Sequence record: NC_054902.1
From: Enterobacteria phage Aplg8
DNA length: 64,000 nucleotides
Direction: 5' to 3' (one strand)
The position numbers and the translations under genes are program-made. This document shows, in pieces, positions 1 through 11,003 of the stretch. The notes under the pieces are model-generated. The model had not been told where the DNA came from. It saw nothing but the letters and a program-made list of their open reading frames with translations, and searched no databases. Position 1 is the stretch's first letter; each line of letters opens with the position of its first letter.

Positions 1-1757
1 CTACACCATTAAAAATTAAAACTAGATTTAATAGTACTGATCGTACTTCTGTTGTTGCTCTATCTGGATTAGTTGAATCAGGAACTCTCTGGGACCATTA
101 TACCCTTAATATTCTTGAAGCAAATGAGACACAGCGTGGTACACTTCGTGTAGCTACACAAGTTGAAGCTGCTGCAGGAACATTGGATAATGTTTTGATA
201 ACTCCTAAAAAGCTTTTAGGTACTAAATCTACCGAAGCACAAGAAGGTGTTATTAAAGTTGCAACCCAGTCTGAAACCGTAGCTGGAACATCAGCAAATA
301 CTGCTGTATCTCCAAAAAATTTAAAATGGATTGTGCAGAGTGAACCTACTTGGGCAGCTACTACTGCAATAAGAGGTTTTGTTAAAACTTCATCTGGTTC
401 AATTACATTCGTTGGTAATGATACAGTCGGTTCTACCCAAGATTTAGAACTGTATGAGAAAAATAGCTATGCAGTATCACCATATGAATTAAACCGTGTA
501 TTAGCAAATTATTTACCGTTAAAAGCAAAAGCTGCTGATACAAATTTATTGGATGGTCTAGATTCATCTCAGTTCATTCGTAGGGATATTGCACAGACGG
601 TTAATGGTTCACTAACCTTAACCCAACAAACGAATCTGAGTGCCCCTCTTGTATCATCTAGTACTGCTGCGTTTGGTGGTTCAGTTTCGGCAAATAGTAC
701 ATTAACTATTTCTAATACTGGAACGGCAACTCGTCTGATTTTTGAGAAAGGACCTCAAACTGGAACTAACCCAGCACAGACGATGACTATCAGAGTATGG
801 GGAAATCAGTTTGGTGGCGGATCAGATACAACACGTTCTACTGTATTTGAAGTTGGTGATGAAACATCTAATCACTTTTATTCTCAACGTAATAAAGCTG
901 GTAATATTACGTTTAGCATTAATGGTACTGTAATGCCAATAAATGTTAACGCTTCCGGTTCATTGAATGCGAATGGCGTAGCAACATTTGGTAGTTCAGT
1001 TACAGCCAATGGTGAATTCATTAGCAAGTCTGCAAATGCTTTCAGAGCAATAAACGGTGATTATGGATTCTTTATTCGCAATGATGCTGCTAACACATAT
1101 TTTATGCTTACTGCATCGGGTGATCAGACTGGTGGATTTAATGGATTACGTCCTTTAGCTATTAATAATGCATCTGGTCAAGTAACGATTGGTGAAAGCT
1201 TAATCATTGCCAAAGGTGCTACTATAAATTCAGGCGGTTTAACTGTTAACTCGAGAATTCGTTCTCAGGGTACTAAAACATCTGATTTATATACCCGGGC
1301 GCCAACATCTGATACCGTAGGATTCTGGTCAATCGATATTAACGATTCAGCCACTTATAACCAGTTCCCGGGTTATTTTAAAATGGTTGAAAAAACTAAT
1401 GAAGTGACTGGGCTTCCATACTTAGAACGTGGCGAAGAAGTTAAATCTCCTGGTACATTGACTCAGTTTGGTAACACACTTGATTCACTTTACCAAGATT
1501 GGATTACTTATCCAACAACTCCAGAAGCACGTACAACCCGTTGGACTCGTACATGGCAGAAAACTAAAAATTCTTGGTCGAGTTTTGTTCAGGTATTTGA
1601 TGGAGGTAACCCTCCTCAGCCGTCTGATATCGGTGCTTTACCATCTGATAATGCTACAATGGGGAATCTTACTATTCGCGATTTCTTACGAATTGGTAAT
1701 GTTCGCATTATTCCTGACCCAGTAAATAAATCTGTTAAATTTGAATGGATTGAATAA
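1..1757 (+). CDS. 34: Long tail fibre proximal subunit gp34, C-terminal part; 5' end lies upstream of the window
   Basis: Frame 3 is open from the window edge to the stop at 1755-1757; the Met at 183 is internal. Sequence is T4 gp34-like and is followed by 35-36-37-38 in T4 order. Confidence 0.85.
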   Translation, partial: TPLKIKTRFNSTDRTSVVALSGLVESGTLWDHYTLNILEANETQRGTLRVATQVEAAAGTLDNVLITPKKLLGTKSTEAQEGVIKVATQSETVAGTSANTAVSPKNLKWIVQSEPTWAATTAIRGFVKTSSGSITFVGNDTVGSTQDLELYEKNSYAVSPYELNRVLANYLPLKAKAADTNLLDGLDSSQFIRRDIAQTVNGSLTLTQQTNLSAPLVSSSTAAFGGSVSANSTLTISNTGTATRLIFEKGPQTGTNPAQTMTIRVWGNQFGGGSDTTRSTVFEVGDETSNHFYSQRNKAGNITFSINGTVMPINVNASGSLNANGVATFGSSVTANGEFISKSANAFRAINGDYGFFIRNDAANTYFMLTASGDQTGGFNGLRPLAINNASGQVTIGESLIIAKGATINSGGLTVNSRIRSQGTKTSDLYTRAPTSDTVGFWSIDINDSATYNQFPGYFKMVEKTNEVTGLPYLERGEEVKSPGTLTQFGNTLDSLYQDWITYPTTPEARTTRWTRTWQKTKNSWSSFVQVFDGGNPPQPSDIGALPSDNATMGNLTIRDFLRIGNVRIIPDPVNKSVKFEWIE

Positions 1758-1765
1758 GAGGTATT

Positions 1766-2881
1766 ATGGAAAAATTTATGGCAGAGTTTGGACAAGGATA
1801 TGTCCAAACGCCATTTTTATCGGAAAGTAATTCAGTAAGATACAAAATAAGTATAGCGGGTTCTTGCCCGCTTTCTACTGCAGGACCATATGTTAAATTT
1901 CAAGATAATCCTGTCGGAAATCAAACATTTAGCGCAGGACTTCATCTAAGAGTTTTTGACCCTTCCACCGGAGCATTAGTTGATAGTAAGTCATATGCTT
2001 TTTCTACTTCAAATGATACTACATCAGCTGCTTTTGTTAGTTTCATGAATTCTTTGACGAATAACAGACTTGTTGCTATATTAACTAGCGGAAAGGTTAA
2101 TTTTCCTCCTGAAGTAGTATCTTGGTTAAGAACCGCCGGAACGTCTGCTTTTCCATCTGATTCTGTATTGTCAAGATTCGACGTATCATATGCTGCCTTT
2201 TATACTTCTTCTAAAAGAGCTATTGCATTAGAGCATGTTAAACTGAGTAATAGAAAAAGCACAGATGATTATCAAACTATTTTAGATGTTGTATTTGACA
2301 GTTTAGAAGACGTTGGAGCTACAGGGTTTCCAAGAAGAACGTATGAAAGCGTTGAGCAATTCATGTCAGCAGTTGGTGGAACTAATAACGAAATTGCGCG
2401 TTTGCCAACTTCAGCTGCTATAAGTAAACTCTCTGATTATAATTTAATTCCTGGCGATGTTCTTTATCTTAAAGCTCAGTTATATGCTGATGCCGATTTA
2501 CTTGCTCTTGGAACTACAAATATATCCATCCGTTTTTATAACGCATCTAATGGATATATTTCCTCGACGCAAGCTGAATTTACTGGGCAAGCTGGGTCAT
2601 GGGAATTAAAGGAAGATTATGTAGTTGTTCCAGAAAATGCAGTAGGATTTACGATATATGCACAGAGAACTGCTCAAGCGGGACAAGGCGGTATGCGAAA
2701 TTTAAGCTTTTCTGAAGTATCAAGAAACGGCGGCATTTCAAAACCTGCTGAATTTGGCGTCAATGGTATTCGTGTTAATTATATCTGTGAATCTGCTTCA
2801 CCTCCGGATATAATGGTACTTCCTACACAAGCATCGTCTAAAACTGGTAAAGTGTTTGGGCAAGAATTTAGAGAAGTATAA
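1766..2881 (+). CDS. 35: Long tail fibre hinge protein gp35
   Basis: 371 aa (T4 gp35 about 372 aa); position between 34 and 36; starts 9 nt after the gp34 stop. Confidence 0.8.
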   Translation: MEKFMAEFGQGYVQTPFLSESNSVRYKISIAGSCPLSTAGPYVKFQDNPVGNQTFSAGLHLRVFDPSTGALVDSKSYAFSTSNDTTSAAFVSFMNSLTNNRLVAILTSGKVNFPPEVVSWLRTAGTSAFPSDSVLSRFDVSYAAFYTSSKRAIALEHVKLSNRKSTDDYQTILDVVFDSLEDVGATGFPRRTYESVEQFMSAVGGTNNEIARLPTSAAISKLSDYNLIPGDVLYLKAQLYADADLLALGTTNISIRFYNASNGYISSTQAEFTGQAGSWELKEDYVVVPENAVGFTIYAQRTAQAGQGGMRNLSFSEVSRNGGISKPAEFGVNGIRVNYICESASPPDIMVLPTQASSKTGKVFGQEFREV

Positions 2882-2884
2882 ATT

Positions 2885-2908
2885 GAGGGAGCCTTCGGGT
2901 TCCCTTTT
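2885..2908 (+). terminator. GC-rich hairpin with UUCG-type loop after gene 35
   Basis: gggagcc-ttcg-ggttccc followed by a T-run, immediately downstream of the 35 stop. Confidence 0.5.
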
Positions 2909-2912
2909 TCTT

Positions 2913-2920
2913 TATAAATA
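2913..2920 (+). promoter_or_regulatory. T4-type late promoter (TATAAATA) upstream of gene 36
   Basis: Exact TATAAATA about 24 nt upstream of the ATG at 2944; gp55-dependent late promoter consensus. Confidence 0.6.
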
Positions 2921-2943
2921 CTATTAAAATAAAGGGGCATACA

Positions 2944-3609
2944 ATGGCTGATTTAAAAGTAGGTTCAACAACCGGAGGCTCTGTCATTTGGCATCAAGGA
3001 AATTTTCCATTGAATCCAGCCGGTGACGATGTACTCTATAAATCATTTAAAATATATTCAGAATATAATAAACCGCAAGCTGCTGATAACGATTTCGTTT
3101 CTAAAGCTAATGGTGGTACTTATGCATCAAAGGTAACATTTAACGCTGGTGTTCAAGTACCATATGCTATAAACAATACAAACCAAAGTGGTATTTTTCC
3201 TGGTAACGGTGATGCAGCTACTTTTGCTACAGCAAATATTGACATCGTTTCGTGGTATGGTATTGGTTTTAAATCATCACAAGGTTCAGCAGACCGAACT
3301 GTTGTTATTAACGCTCGTACCGGTGATATCAGCACTAAGGGCGGTTTTTATGCAACTGGTCCTGTCCGTTCTAACGCTACTGCTCCTATAGCAGCGAATG
3401 ACCTTACTAGAAAGGACTATGTTGATGGAGCAATAAATACTGTTACAGCAAATGCGAACTCTAGAGTGTTGCGTTCTGGTGACACTATGACAGGTAATTT
3501 AACAGCGCCAAACTTTTTCTCACAGAATCCTGCGTCTCAACCTTCACATGTTCCACGATTTGACCAAATCGTAATTAAGGATTCTGTTCAAGATTTCGGC
3601 TATTATTAA
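2944..3609 (+). CDS. 36: Long tail fibre distal small subunit gp36
   Basis: 221 aa, same length as T4 gp36; synteny. Confidence 0.8.
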   Translation: MADLKVGSTTGGSVIWHQGNFPLNPAGDDVLYKSFKIYSEYNKPQAADNDFVSKANGGTYASKVTFNAGVQVPYAINNTNQSGIFPGNGDAATFATANIDIVSWYGIGFKSSQGSADRTVVINARTGDISTKGGFYATGPVRSNATAPIAANDLTRKDYVDGAINTVTANANSRVLRSGDTMTGNLTAPNFFSQNPASQPSHVPRFDQIVIKDSVQDFGYY

Positions 3610-3617
3610 GAGGACTT

Positions 3618-6600
3618 ATGGCTACTTTAAAACAAATACAATTTAAAAGAAGCAAAACTGCAGGTCAACGTCCTGCTGCTTCAGTATTAGCCGAAGGTGA
3701 ATTGGCTATAAACTTAAAAGACCGTACTCTTTTTACTAAAGATGACTCGGGAAATATTATTGATTTAAGCATTACCGCTGGCGGTAATATTAGTGGAAAT
3801 ATCACTCAAACTGGCGATTATACACAGACTGGAAAATTTAATTTAATTGGTCCGCAAATTGTAGCAAGCGGTGGATATATTGAGTTTAATTATCGTACTA
3901 CTGGAAGTGGGGCTTGGTCTGGTCAACACACTGCAAAAGCTCCAATTTTTGTAGATTTAAGCTCAGCTACTTCCACATCTGAATATAACCCTATAATTAA
4001 ACAGCGCTTTAAAGATGGAACTTTTTCATTAGGTACTTTAGTTTCTGAAGGTTCGTTGAAGATTCATTATATCAATGAATCTGGCGATTCGAAATATTGG
4101 ACGTTTCGACGTGACGGCGGATTTGTTGTTGACGGTGGAGGTTTAGCAGTATCAGGAGGTAGTATAACTACATCTGGAAATATTGCAGCTCTCGGAAATA
4201 TTACTTCGCCTCAGATTAATACTAAAAATATTATTTTAGATACAAAAGCATTTGGACAATACGATTCGCAATCATTAGTTCAATATGTTTATCCTGGAAC
4301 AGGTGAAGAAAATGGTATAAACTATCTTCGTAAAGTTCGAGCTAAATCAGGCGGAACCATTTACCATGAAATCGCTTCAGCTCAAACCGGTAAAAATGAT
4401 GAAATTTCTTGGTGGACCGGAAATACACTTACTACTAAATTAATGGGTCTTCGTAATGATGGCGCAATGGTATTACGTCGTTCACTTGCTATTGGCACAA
4501 TTACCACTGACGAAAATACTAACAACTATGGTTCTCCTACTCCAATGGGAGAAAGATATATTGCTTTGGGCGATGCTGCCACTGGTTTAAAATACATTAA
4601 GCAGGGTGTTTATGATTTAGTAGGTAATTGGAATTCTGTTGCTTCTATTACTCCTGATAGTTTCCGTAGTACTCGTAAAGCGTTATTTGGACGTTCAGAA
4701 GACCAAGGCAGAACCTGGACAATGCCTGGAACGAACGCTGCCTTTTTATCAGTTCAAACACAGGCTGATGAAAACACTGCTGGAGACGGCCAGACGCATA
4801 TTGGCTATAACTCAGGCGGAAAAATGAACCACTATTTCCGTGGTAAAGGCAAAACTAATATTAATACTCAGAAAGGTATGGAAGTTAATCCGGGTATTTT
4901 GAAATTGGTAACTGGCTCTAATAACGTACAGTTTTATGCCGACGGAACAGTATCTTCAATACAAAGAATTAAATTTGATAACGGATTAGTTCTTACTGGT
5001 GCTAGACCCGACGGTATTCAACTTGACGCTCCTACAGCAACAGATGGCACTAAAACTATATTGTGGGCCGGCGGTACTCGCCCAGGTCAGAATAAAAGTT
5101 ATCTATCTATCAAAGCATGGGGTAATGCCTTTAATGCATCTGGCGATCGTGCTCGTGAAACAGTTTTTGAAGTATCAGATGGACAAGGTTACCATTTTTA
5201 TTCTCAACGAGTTGCTCCCGGATCAGGTTCTACCGTCGGACCTATTCAATTTCGAGTTAATGGTGGTTTATTAACTTCTGGTGGTATTACATCATCTGGT
5301 TCTATTGTTACTGAATCAAGTTTAGTTGCAAATAATGGATTATCTGTAAATGGTCAGGCTAAATTCGGCGGAACTGCTGATGCATTAAGAATTTGGAATG
5401 CTGAATATGGCGCAATTTTCCGTCGTTCAGAAGCATCATTGCATATTATTCCAACCCCTAAAGATGCTGGTGAAAGTGGTGGAATAAGTAATCTTCGCCC
5501 GTTAAGTATCAGCCTTAATAACGGTATGGTACAAATGCGTCATTCTGTCACGTTAGGCGATGATGGCGCTGGCGGTAATATGATTACTGTGGACAATGAT
5601 AACAAACTTGTTGTTGTTACTAGTCATAGTCGTATTTCTCCTAATTACCGTATGCAGGTAGGACAAGCAGCTTATATTGATGCTGAATGTACTGACACCG
5701 TTCGCCCGGCTGGTGCAGGGTCTTTTGCTTCACAAAATAATGAAAACGTTCGTGCTCCGTTCTATATGAATATTAATCGCACAGATACAAGTACTTACGT
5801 TCCTATTTTAAAGCAACGTTATGTTCAAGGAAATAGCTGTTATTCTTTAGGTACTTTAATAAATGGCGGTAACTTCAGAGTTCATTATCATGAAGGTGGA
5901 GACGGAAGTTCAACAGGCGCAACTATAAAAGATTTAGGCTGGGAATTTACACGTTCTGGTGATTTTATATCTCCTAAGCGCATTTCTGCCGGGGGTTCAG
6001 TTTATTTAGGTACAGACGGTAACATCACAGGTGGTTCTGGTAATTTTGCCAACTTAAATAGTACAATTGAATCACTTAAAACTGATATTGTCTCAAGTTA
6101 TCCAATTGGTGCTCCGATTCCATGGCCTACTGATACACCTCCTGAAGGTTATGCCATCATGGAAGGTCAAACATTTGATGTTGACTTGTATCCTAAGTTA
6201 GCTGCTGTGTATCCTTCCGGCGCTCTGCCTGATATGCGTGGGCAAACGATTAAAGGTAAACCATCTGGGCGCGCTGTATTAAGTACAGAAGCAGACGGTG
6301 TTAAGTCACATAGCCATAGTGCAAGTGCATCAAGCACAGATTTGGGTACTAAGACCACTTCTAGTTTTGATTACGGTAGCAAAACGACTTCAAGCTTTGA
6401 TTATGGTACTAAGACCAGTAATACCACTGGTAACCATAACCATACAGTGAGTGGTAATACTAGTTCCGCAGGAGCTCACCAACACGCGCGTTCAGGTCCA
6501 CAGGTCACTGCTGCATGGGCAGACGATTTGTTTAGAGACGGGGTTACTACGATAGGTGCAAACTCATATGCTAAAATTAACTCAGGTATCACTGGTTCGA

Positions 6601-6854
6601 CTTTAGCAACTAAGGTCGGTAAAACATCAAATGACGGTGCCCACACCCATAGTTGGTCAGGAACTACTAGCTCTACGGGTAACCATGCTCATACGGTAGG
6701 TATTGGTGCTCATACCCATTCGGTAGGTATTGGTGCTCATTCTCATACTGTTGCAATTGGTTCCCATGGACATACAATAACTGTAAATGCCACAGGAAAT
6801 ACAGAAAACACAGTTAAAAACGTTGCTTTTAACTATATCGTTCGTTTAGCATAA
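3618..6854 (+). CDS. 37: Long tail fibre distal subunit gp37 (receptor-recognising tip)
   Basis: 1078 aa; C-terminal HxH 'His-box' repeats ([27 protein letters not shown]) and ...[11 protein letters not shown] terminus as in T4 gp37. Confidence 0.9.
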   Translation: MATLKQIQFKRSKTAGQRPAASVLAEGELAINLKDRTLFTKDDSGNIIDLSITAGGNISGNITQTGDYTQTGKFNLIGPQIVASGGYIEFNYRTTGSGAWSGQHTAKAPIFVDLSSATSTSEYNPIIKQRFKDGTFSLGTLVSEGSLKIHYINESGDSKYWTFRRDGGFVVDGGGLAVSGGSITTSGNIAALGNITSPQINTKNIILDTKAFGQYDSQSLVQYVYPGTGEENGINYLRKVRAKSGGTIYHEIASAQTGKNDEISWWTGNTLTTKLMGLRNDGAMVLRRSLAIGTITTDENTNNYGSPTPMGERYIALGDAATGLKYIKQGVYDLVGNWNSVASITPDSFRSTRKALFGRSEDQGRTWTMPGTNAAFLSVQTQADENTAGDGQTHIGYNSGGKMNHYFRGKGKTNINTQKGMEVNPGILKLVTGSNNVQFYADGTVSSIQRIKFDNGLVLTGARPDGIQLDAPTATDGTKTILWAGGTRPGQNKSYLSIKAWGNAFNASGDRARETVFEVSDGQGYHFYSQRVAPGSGSTVGPIQFRVNGGLLTSGGITSSGSIVTESSLVANNGLSVNGQAKFGGTADALRIWNAEYGAIFRRSEASLHIIPTPKDAGESGGISNLRPLSISLNNGMVQMRHSVTLGDDGAGGNMITVDNDNKLVVVTSHSRISPNYRMQVGQAAYIDAECTDTVRPAGAGSFASQNNENVRAPFYMNINRTDTSTYVPILKQRYVQGNSCYSLGTLINGGNFRVHYHEGGDGSSTGATIKDLGWEFTRSGDFISPKRISAGGSVYLGTDGNITGGSGNFANLNSTIESLKTDIVSSYPIGAPIPWPTDTPPEGYAIMEGQTFDVDLYPKLAAVYPSGALPDMRGQTIKGKPSGRAVLSTEADGVKSHSHSASASSTDLGTKTTSSFDYGSKTTSSFDYGTKTSNTTGNHNHTVSGNTSSAGAHQHARSGPQVTAAWADDLFRDGVTTIGANSYAKINSGITGSTLATKVGKTSNDGAHTHSWSGTTSSTGNHAHTVGIGAHTHSVGIGAHSHTVAIGSHGHTITVNATGNTENTVKNVAFNYIVRLA
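6351..6407 (+). repeat. Tandem duplication inside gene 37 encoding KTTSSFDYG twice
   Basis: Units 6351-6377 and 6381-6407 encode identical peptides and differ at 6 synonymous positions. Confidence 0.8.
6696..6749 (+). repeat. Tandem His-box repeat inside gene 37 (VGIGAH(T/S)H(S/T))
   Basis: 18-nt gtaggtattggtgctcat is exactly repeated at 6696-6713 and 6723-6740. Confidence 0.8.
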
Positions 6855-6858
6855 GGAG

Positions 6859-6880
6859 AAGGGGCTTCGGTCCCTTTTTA
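6859..6880 (+). terminator. GC-rich hairpin with UUCG loop after gene 37
   Basis: aggggc-ttcg-gtccct followed by ttttta. Confidence 0.45.
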
Positions 6881-6884
6881 TAAT

Positions 6885-7436
6885 ATGAAACTCTATCACT
6901 ATTATTTTGACACTAAAGAATTTTACAAAGAAGAAAATTATAAACCATTAAAAGGCGTAGGATTTCCGGCTCATTCGACACCAAAAAAACCTTTAGACCC
7001 TAAAGAAGGCTATGCTGTTATATTTGACGAACGCGAGCAAGAATGGGTATATGTTGAAGACCATCGAGGAAAAACAGTATGGACATATGATAAGCAAAAA
7101 ATTGTTATTGACACTCCAGGTGCTCTTCAAAATGTTACTACAGAAGAACCTGGTGAATTTGACCTTTGGACCGACGACGGGTGGAAGGAAGATGAAGCAT
7201 ATAAACGCGTAGTTCAACGTGATAAGAAAATTCATGAACTCTATAAATTATTCAGTGTTTTAAGTTCTCTTATTGACGCAGAGGTTGCTAATAGAGAAGA
7301 AAAACGAAAATTTAAAGAGCTCAAAAAATTCTTTGCCCTTTTAGAAAAACATGAACATCTTGGCGGCGAATTCCCTAAATTCCCTGACCTTGAAAACAAA
7401 TCTATTATCAAAGCGATTATAAATATCTTTAAGTAA
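6885..7436 (+). CDS. 38: Tail fibre assembly chaperone gp38 (T4-type, not the T2-type adhesin)
   Basis: 183 aa, same as T4 gp38; lies between 37 and t. Confidence 0.75.
   Translation: MKLYHYYFDTKEFYKEENYKPLKGVGFPAHSTPKKPLDPKEGYAVIFDEREQEWVYVEDHRGKTVWTYDKQKIVIDTPGALQNVTTEEPGEFDLWTDDGWKEDEAYKRVVQRDKKIHELYKLFSVLSSLIDAEVANREEKRKFKELKKFFALLEKHEHLGGEFPKFPDLENKSIIKAIINIFK
7418..7425 (+). promoter_or_regulatory. T4-type late promoter (TATAAATA) upstream of holin t
   Basis: Exact TATAAATA about 20 nt upstream of the ATG at 7446, with an AAGGAGG ribosome-binding site between. Confidence 0.6.
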
Positions 7437-7445
7437 GGAGGTATT

Positions 7446-8105
7446 ATGGCAACACCAAAAGTATCATTTTCGCTTAGTGATATTCTATTTGGGTTGCTAG
7501 ATCGTATTTTCAAAGATAACGCTACTGGAAAGGTTTTAATGTCCCGAGTAGCGGTAATTATTCTTTTGTTCCTAATGGCACTAATATGGTACAAAGGAAG
7601 TATTTTGCTGGATTATTATGTAAGAGCTAAGTATGATACTTATACTGAAATAATCCAAAAAGAACGAGCTTTACGTTTTGAATCTGCGGCTCTAGAACAA
7701 CTGCAAATAGTTCATATCTCATCTGGTGCAGATTTTAGTGCTGTGTATTCTTTCAGACCTAAAAACTTAAATTATTTTGTCGACCTTATAGCTTATGAAG
7801 GCAAACTACCTAGCACAATTTCTGAAAAGTCCCTTGGCGGATTCCCGGTGGATAAAACGGCCAATGAATATATAATTCATTTAAGTGGCCGTCATTTCTC
7901 ATCTAAATCAGAATTTGCATTTTTGCCTACAAAATCTAAGACTGCCGAACTTTCTTATATGTATAGTTGTCCATACTTTAATTTGGATAACATCTACGCT
8001 GGAACTGTGACGATGTATTGGTATAAGGGGAGTAATATACTTGAGGAAGATCGCTTAGCGGCTATATGCAACCAAGCGGTCCGAATACTAGGAAGGGCTA
8101 AATAA
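7446..8105 (+). CDS. t: Holin T
   Basis: 219 aa; near-identical to T4 holin as I recall it (N-terminal TM segment, ...ICNQAVRILGRAK C-terminus). Confidence 0.9.
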   Translation: MATPKVSFSLSDILFGLLDRIFKDNATGKVLMSRVAVIILLFLMALIWYKGSILLDYYVRAKYDTYTEIIQKERALRFESAALEQLQIVHISSGADFSAVYSFRPKNLNYFVDLIAYEGKLPSTISEKSLGGFPVDKTANEYIIHLSGRHFSSKSEFAFLPTKSKTAELSYMYSCPYFNLDNIYAGTVTMYWYKGSNILEEDRLAAICNQAVRILGRAK

Positions 8106-8378
8106 TTAGTTGTTAGAATACATCGCTAAATGACGATAAATATTTTCAAAACCTTCATTGAATTCACTAATCAGTGTTTTCTTTTCTTCGGCAGTTAAAT
8201 TTGTAATTAGTTTTCTGAACGAATTCTGATTTAGCTGCCGACCATCTTTTTTAATTCCAATCTCATTCAAGAATCCGATGAAACTTGCTCGGTCTTCAAC
8301 AATATCTTCCCTAGAGAATTTAATCAAAATAGAAGCAATAGTAATAATTTCACGTACGATTTCAATGTCTTTATTCAT
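8106..8378 (-). CDS. asiA: AsiA anti-sigma70 factor / MotA co-activator
   Basis: 90 aa; MNK.I..VREIIT.ASILIKFSREDIVE... matches T4 AsiA; convergent with t. Confidence 0.9.
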   Translation of the reverse strand: MNKDIEIVREIITIASILIKFSREDIVEDRASFIGFLNEIGIKKDGRQLNQNSFRKLITNLTAEEKKTLISEFNEGFENIYRHLAMYSNN

Positions 8379-8404
8379 AACGGTTTATTCATTCCACTTA
8401 GTTG

Positions 8405-8450
8405 ATATGGATATAGTACCATTATCAGTGTTGATTGTAAACGGCTTTTT
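8405..8450 (-). promoter_or_regulatory. T4 early promoter (sigma70 type) for asiA
   Basis: On the - strand: GTTTAC, 17-bp spacer, extended -10 GGTACTATATC; member of the repeated early-promoter family. Confidence 0.6.
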
Positions 8451-8586
8451 CTACGCTTTTAACGTAATCAATGTAGTCTTCCTGTTCATACGAGTGTAAG
8501 GCCAAGAATGGAACTAATAGTTCATTATAGACTAAAGCCTCACGCTCACGTTCGGCCTCTACTACGTTCTGAAGATTATGACTCAT
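8425..8586 (-). CDS. Hypothetical small protein (about 53 aa from internal Met)
   Basis: ORF between arn-like and asiA; start chosen to avoid overlap with the upstream ORF. Confidence 0.3.
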   Translation of the reverse strand: MSHNLQNVVEAEREREALVYNELLVPFLALHSYEQEDYIDYVKSVEKAVYNQH

Positions 8587-8875
8587 ATTGTTCCTTATAA
8601 CTATCAATGTAGTCCTGTATGTCGAAGAATGACATTTCATATTCTAGGACATTAAGAGCCCGTTCTTCAGTATAGTCAGAACCAAAGACGATAGTGATTT
8701 CACCAGGCTTCATATGGTTGAAATCGACACTAAAAGGAATACGAGAACAGACTTCATCTTCCATATCTACGATAACACTACGACACACTTCTCGGTTAAC
8801 CTGATAAAGCTCTGCAAGTTCTTCACAACGAATAACAAGTTCAGTGGCAGGATTTTCTTTGATTTTAGTAAACAT
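8576..8875 (-). CDS. arn: Arn-like anti-restriction protein (acidic, DNA-mimic-like)
   Basis: 99 aa with an acidic C-terminal half; T4 position of arn between asiA and motA. Confidence 0.5.
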   Translation of the reverse strand: MFTKIKENPATELVIRCEELAELYQVNREVCRSVIVDMEDEVCSRIPFSVDFNHMKPGEITIVFGSDYTEERALNVLEYEMSFFDIQDYIDSYKEQYES

Positions 8876-8949
8876 AGTCTTTACCCTTATGTTTTTGTTT
8901 GCGTTTAGATTGAAGTTCTGATTTCTTCTTGTACTTATGGACAGAAGCC

Positions 8950-9177
8950 TTATTGAAATCGTGTTTTGCTACAAGATTGTTCATAATGATTTATAACCTC
9001 GTTTAAACATTTACTAGTGAAAGAAAACTTTTTAGCCACAGAGCATTCGATAATGTGCTCTTTCAAATCTTTAGAGTTAGTATAACCCATCTCAGTAATA
9101 AAGTGGCGAATTAAAGCTTTATTCTTATCATTAACAGAATTAAAATAATCTGCTTTAGAATCAATTATTCTCATCAT
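8950..9177 (-). CDS. Hypothetical protein, 75 aa
   Basis: ORF in the arn-motA interval, co-oriented. Confidence 0.4.
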   Translation of the reverse strand: MMRIIDSKADYFNSVNDKNKALIRHFITEMGYTNSKDLKEHIIECSVAKKFSFTSKCLNEVINHYEQSCSKTRFQ

Positions 9178-9442
9178 CTAATTTCCTTAATTGATACTGC
9201 AACGAGCTAATAATTTCTTCGTTCATTTTAATATACATGTCGCGCAAGAAAGGTTTTAACCCGTCACGAATAATTGCTAACGTATCACCTTTACATAAAT
9301 TAACCAAATAAGGATGGTCTAAAGCATCCCAACCAGGCTGATTAGCATACATACCATAATTTTCTTCCATCATAGCATTCAGGCGTTTGATATGATTAAT
9401 GTTGGCTTCAATAGCATCAATCTGGAGTTGTTTAAGATTCAT
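9161..9442 (-). CDS. Hypothetical protein, 93 aa
   Basis: ORF in the arn-motA interval. Confidence 0.4.
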   Translation of the reverse strand: MNLKQLQIDAIEANINHIKRLNAMMEENYGMYANQPGWDALDHPYLVNLCKGDTLAIIRDGLKPFLRDMYIKMNEEIISSLQYQLRKLDDENN

Positions 9443-9903
9443 TAGTAAAGGTCCTCAGAGTAAAGTTCTTTTTCACTACCACCACGTTCAATACGTACTT
9501 GTCCAGCGTAAGTTGCAATAATCATTGCTTCTTCACGTGTCCAATAATTACTATATTGGTCAATAAACCCTTGGTCATCATCACAAACTTGTTGAGTAAC
9601 TAATTGAGGTTTAACTACATCTAAAACTTCTGCCATATCTTTAGAATAATGACGAGCACCTGGAATAATAAGAGTTCGTCCATCTTTTAATTTAAAACGG
9701 TTGGCTGCACAGACAATTCGTCGTTGATACTTTTGGTTTTCATCCCAGTACGCAGTCTGCCAACAGATTTCAGGAACTTCTTTCAGAATATCTTCTTCTG
9801 TGCATTTATAACCATGCGCTTTAAATTTTTCAACAAGACTTTCTGGAGTTTCACGAGATAAAGGAACATTCAGCATTTTTAAACGATTAACAAACGGGTT
9901 CAT
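9442..9903 (-). CDS. Hypothetical protein, 153 aa
   Basis: ORF in the arn-motA interval; stop/start overlap with neighbours. Confidence 0.45.
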   Translation of the reverse strand: MNPFVNRLKMLNVPLSRETPESLVEKFKAHGYKCTEEDILKEVPEICWQTAYWDENQKYQRRIVCAANRFKLKDGRTLIIPGARHYSKDMAEVLDVVKPQLVTQQVCDDDQGFIDQYSNYWTREEAMIIATYAGQVRIERGGSEKELYSEDLY

Positions 9904-10229
9904 TTAAACCATCCTTTAATACGTTGCCACAAAGTTTTCTGTTGAGCTTTGTTAACACCAATTGAACGAATAACTGGTTGAGATTCCTGGAATTCTTTAT
10001 AATCAGCAAGGTAAATTTCATAAGCCGCTTGAACAAAAGTACTAATCGCTGCCATAAAGTTCTTGCGAATTCCCATAGAGGCTTCAGAACCACCACGGAT
10101 GATTAAATATTTACCAGTCTTAATCTTTACAATAGTTCCAAGATAAGCTCCATGGTACCAAATATCCCAACCCTCTTGAGTAGGTTCTGCACAACGACGA
10201 AGTTCATTGACAATTTCTAACTTGTTCAT
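9900..10229 (-). CDS. Hypothetical protein, 109 aa
   Basis: ORF immediately downstream of motA. Confidence 0.45.
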   Translation of the reverse strand: MNKLEIVNELRRCAEPTQEGWDIWYHGAYLGTIVKIKTGKYLIIRGGSEASMGIRKNFMAAISTFVQAAYEIYLADYKEFQESQPVIRSIGVNKAQQKTLWQRIKGWFK

Positions 10230-10239
10230 TATTTATTCC

Positions 10240-10875
10240 TCACAGTTCAGATGCTACAGTGATTACAGCTTCAATGTTTTCTACTGAGCGTTTAATGTCA
10301 AGATACACATTACCGTTTTTAGCGATTTTACATGACATTCCGATATCAGTAAATTTCTGAATATGATGTTCCATCATTTTGTATCCAAAAATTCGCATGT
10401 TTCCATTGTTGTTAATTTCAAAATTACGAATTCCGTGAGTGCGTTTTTCTAAAATAGCGAGATAGTTACTGCGATAAGTTTCGACCTTTTTAAGAACAAA
10501 TCCATTTTCATCTAAAAGTTTTAACATGAGGTCTTTATCTTCTTCCATATCAGAAGTAATCTCACGAGCTTTACGAGTTGCTCGTTTTTTCAGCAGTTCC
10601 GGAGCATTTTCCTGCGCGTATAAAGTTGCTGCGTTTGAAATAATATCCTGAGCTTCACCTGTAATGATTAATCCATCACCAGATTTCTCCACCAGGCCTT
10701 TTTTAATCAATACCCCAATATTACTATTAACTACTGCGTTACCTAAATCTGGATGCACCTCACGAACTTCTGCAGCTGTAATGAAATCTTTCTTAGCAAT
10801 GGTAATTAAAATCGCAGCAGTTTTTTCATTCAGAACATCGTTAGAAGCTTTGATGATGTAAGTTACTTTAGACAT
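10240..10875 (-). CDS. motA: MotA middle-transcription activator
   Basis: 211 aa; MSKVTYIIKASNDVLNEKTA... matches T4 MotA. Confidence 0.9.
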   Translation of the reverse strand: MSKVTYIIKASNDVLNEKTAAILITIAKKDFITAAEVREVHPDLGNAVVNSNIGVLIKKGLVEKSGDGLIITGEAQDIISNAATLYAQENAPELLKKRATRKAREITSDMEEDKDLMLKLLDENGFVLKKVETYRSNYLAILEKRTHGIRNFEINNNGNMRIFGYKMMEHHIQKFTDIGMSCKIAKNGNVYLDIKRSVENIEAVITVASEL

Positions 10876-10909
10876 TTTCTAATCTCCGTAATTCTGTATC
10901 AGTAGTTGA

Positions 10910-10960
10910 TAGTTGTATAGTACCACAGTATGCTTTGGTTGTAAACCGTTTTGTGAAAAA
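10910..10960 (-). promoter_or_regulatory. T4 early promoter for motA
   Basis: - strand GGTTTAC, spacer, GGTACTATAC, with an A/T-rich upstream element. Confidence 0.6.
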
Positions 10961-10978
10961 AATTTTTGAAATAAAAAA

Positions 10979-10998
10979 GGGAGAGCCGAGGCTCTCCC
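10979..10998 (-). terminator. Rho-independent terminator downstream of the gene 52 operon
   Basis: 8-bp stem gggagagc/gctctccc with a 4-nt loop, followed on the - strand by a U-run. Confidence 0.55.
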
Positions 10999-11003
10999 TA
11001 AAA

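Noticed and set aside
183-1757. ORF-track Met at 183 as the start of a 524-aa protein
   Set aside because: The reading frame is open from the window edge; this is the C-terminal part of gp34 (about 1289 aa in T4), not an independent gene.
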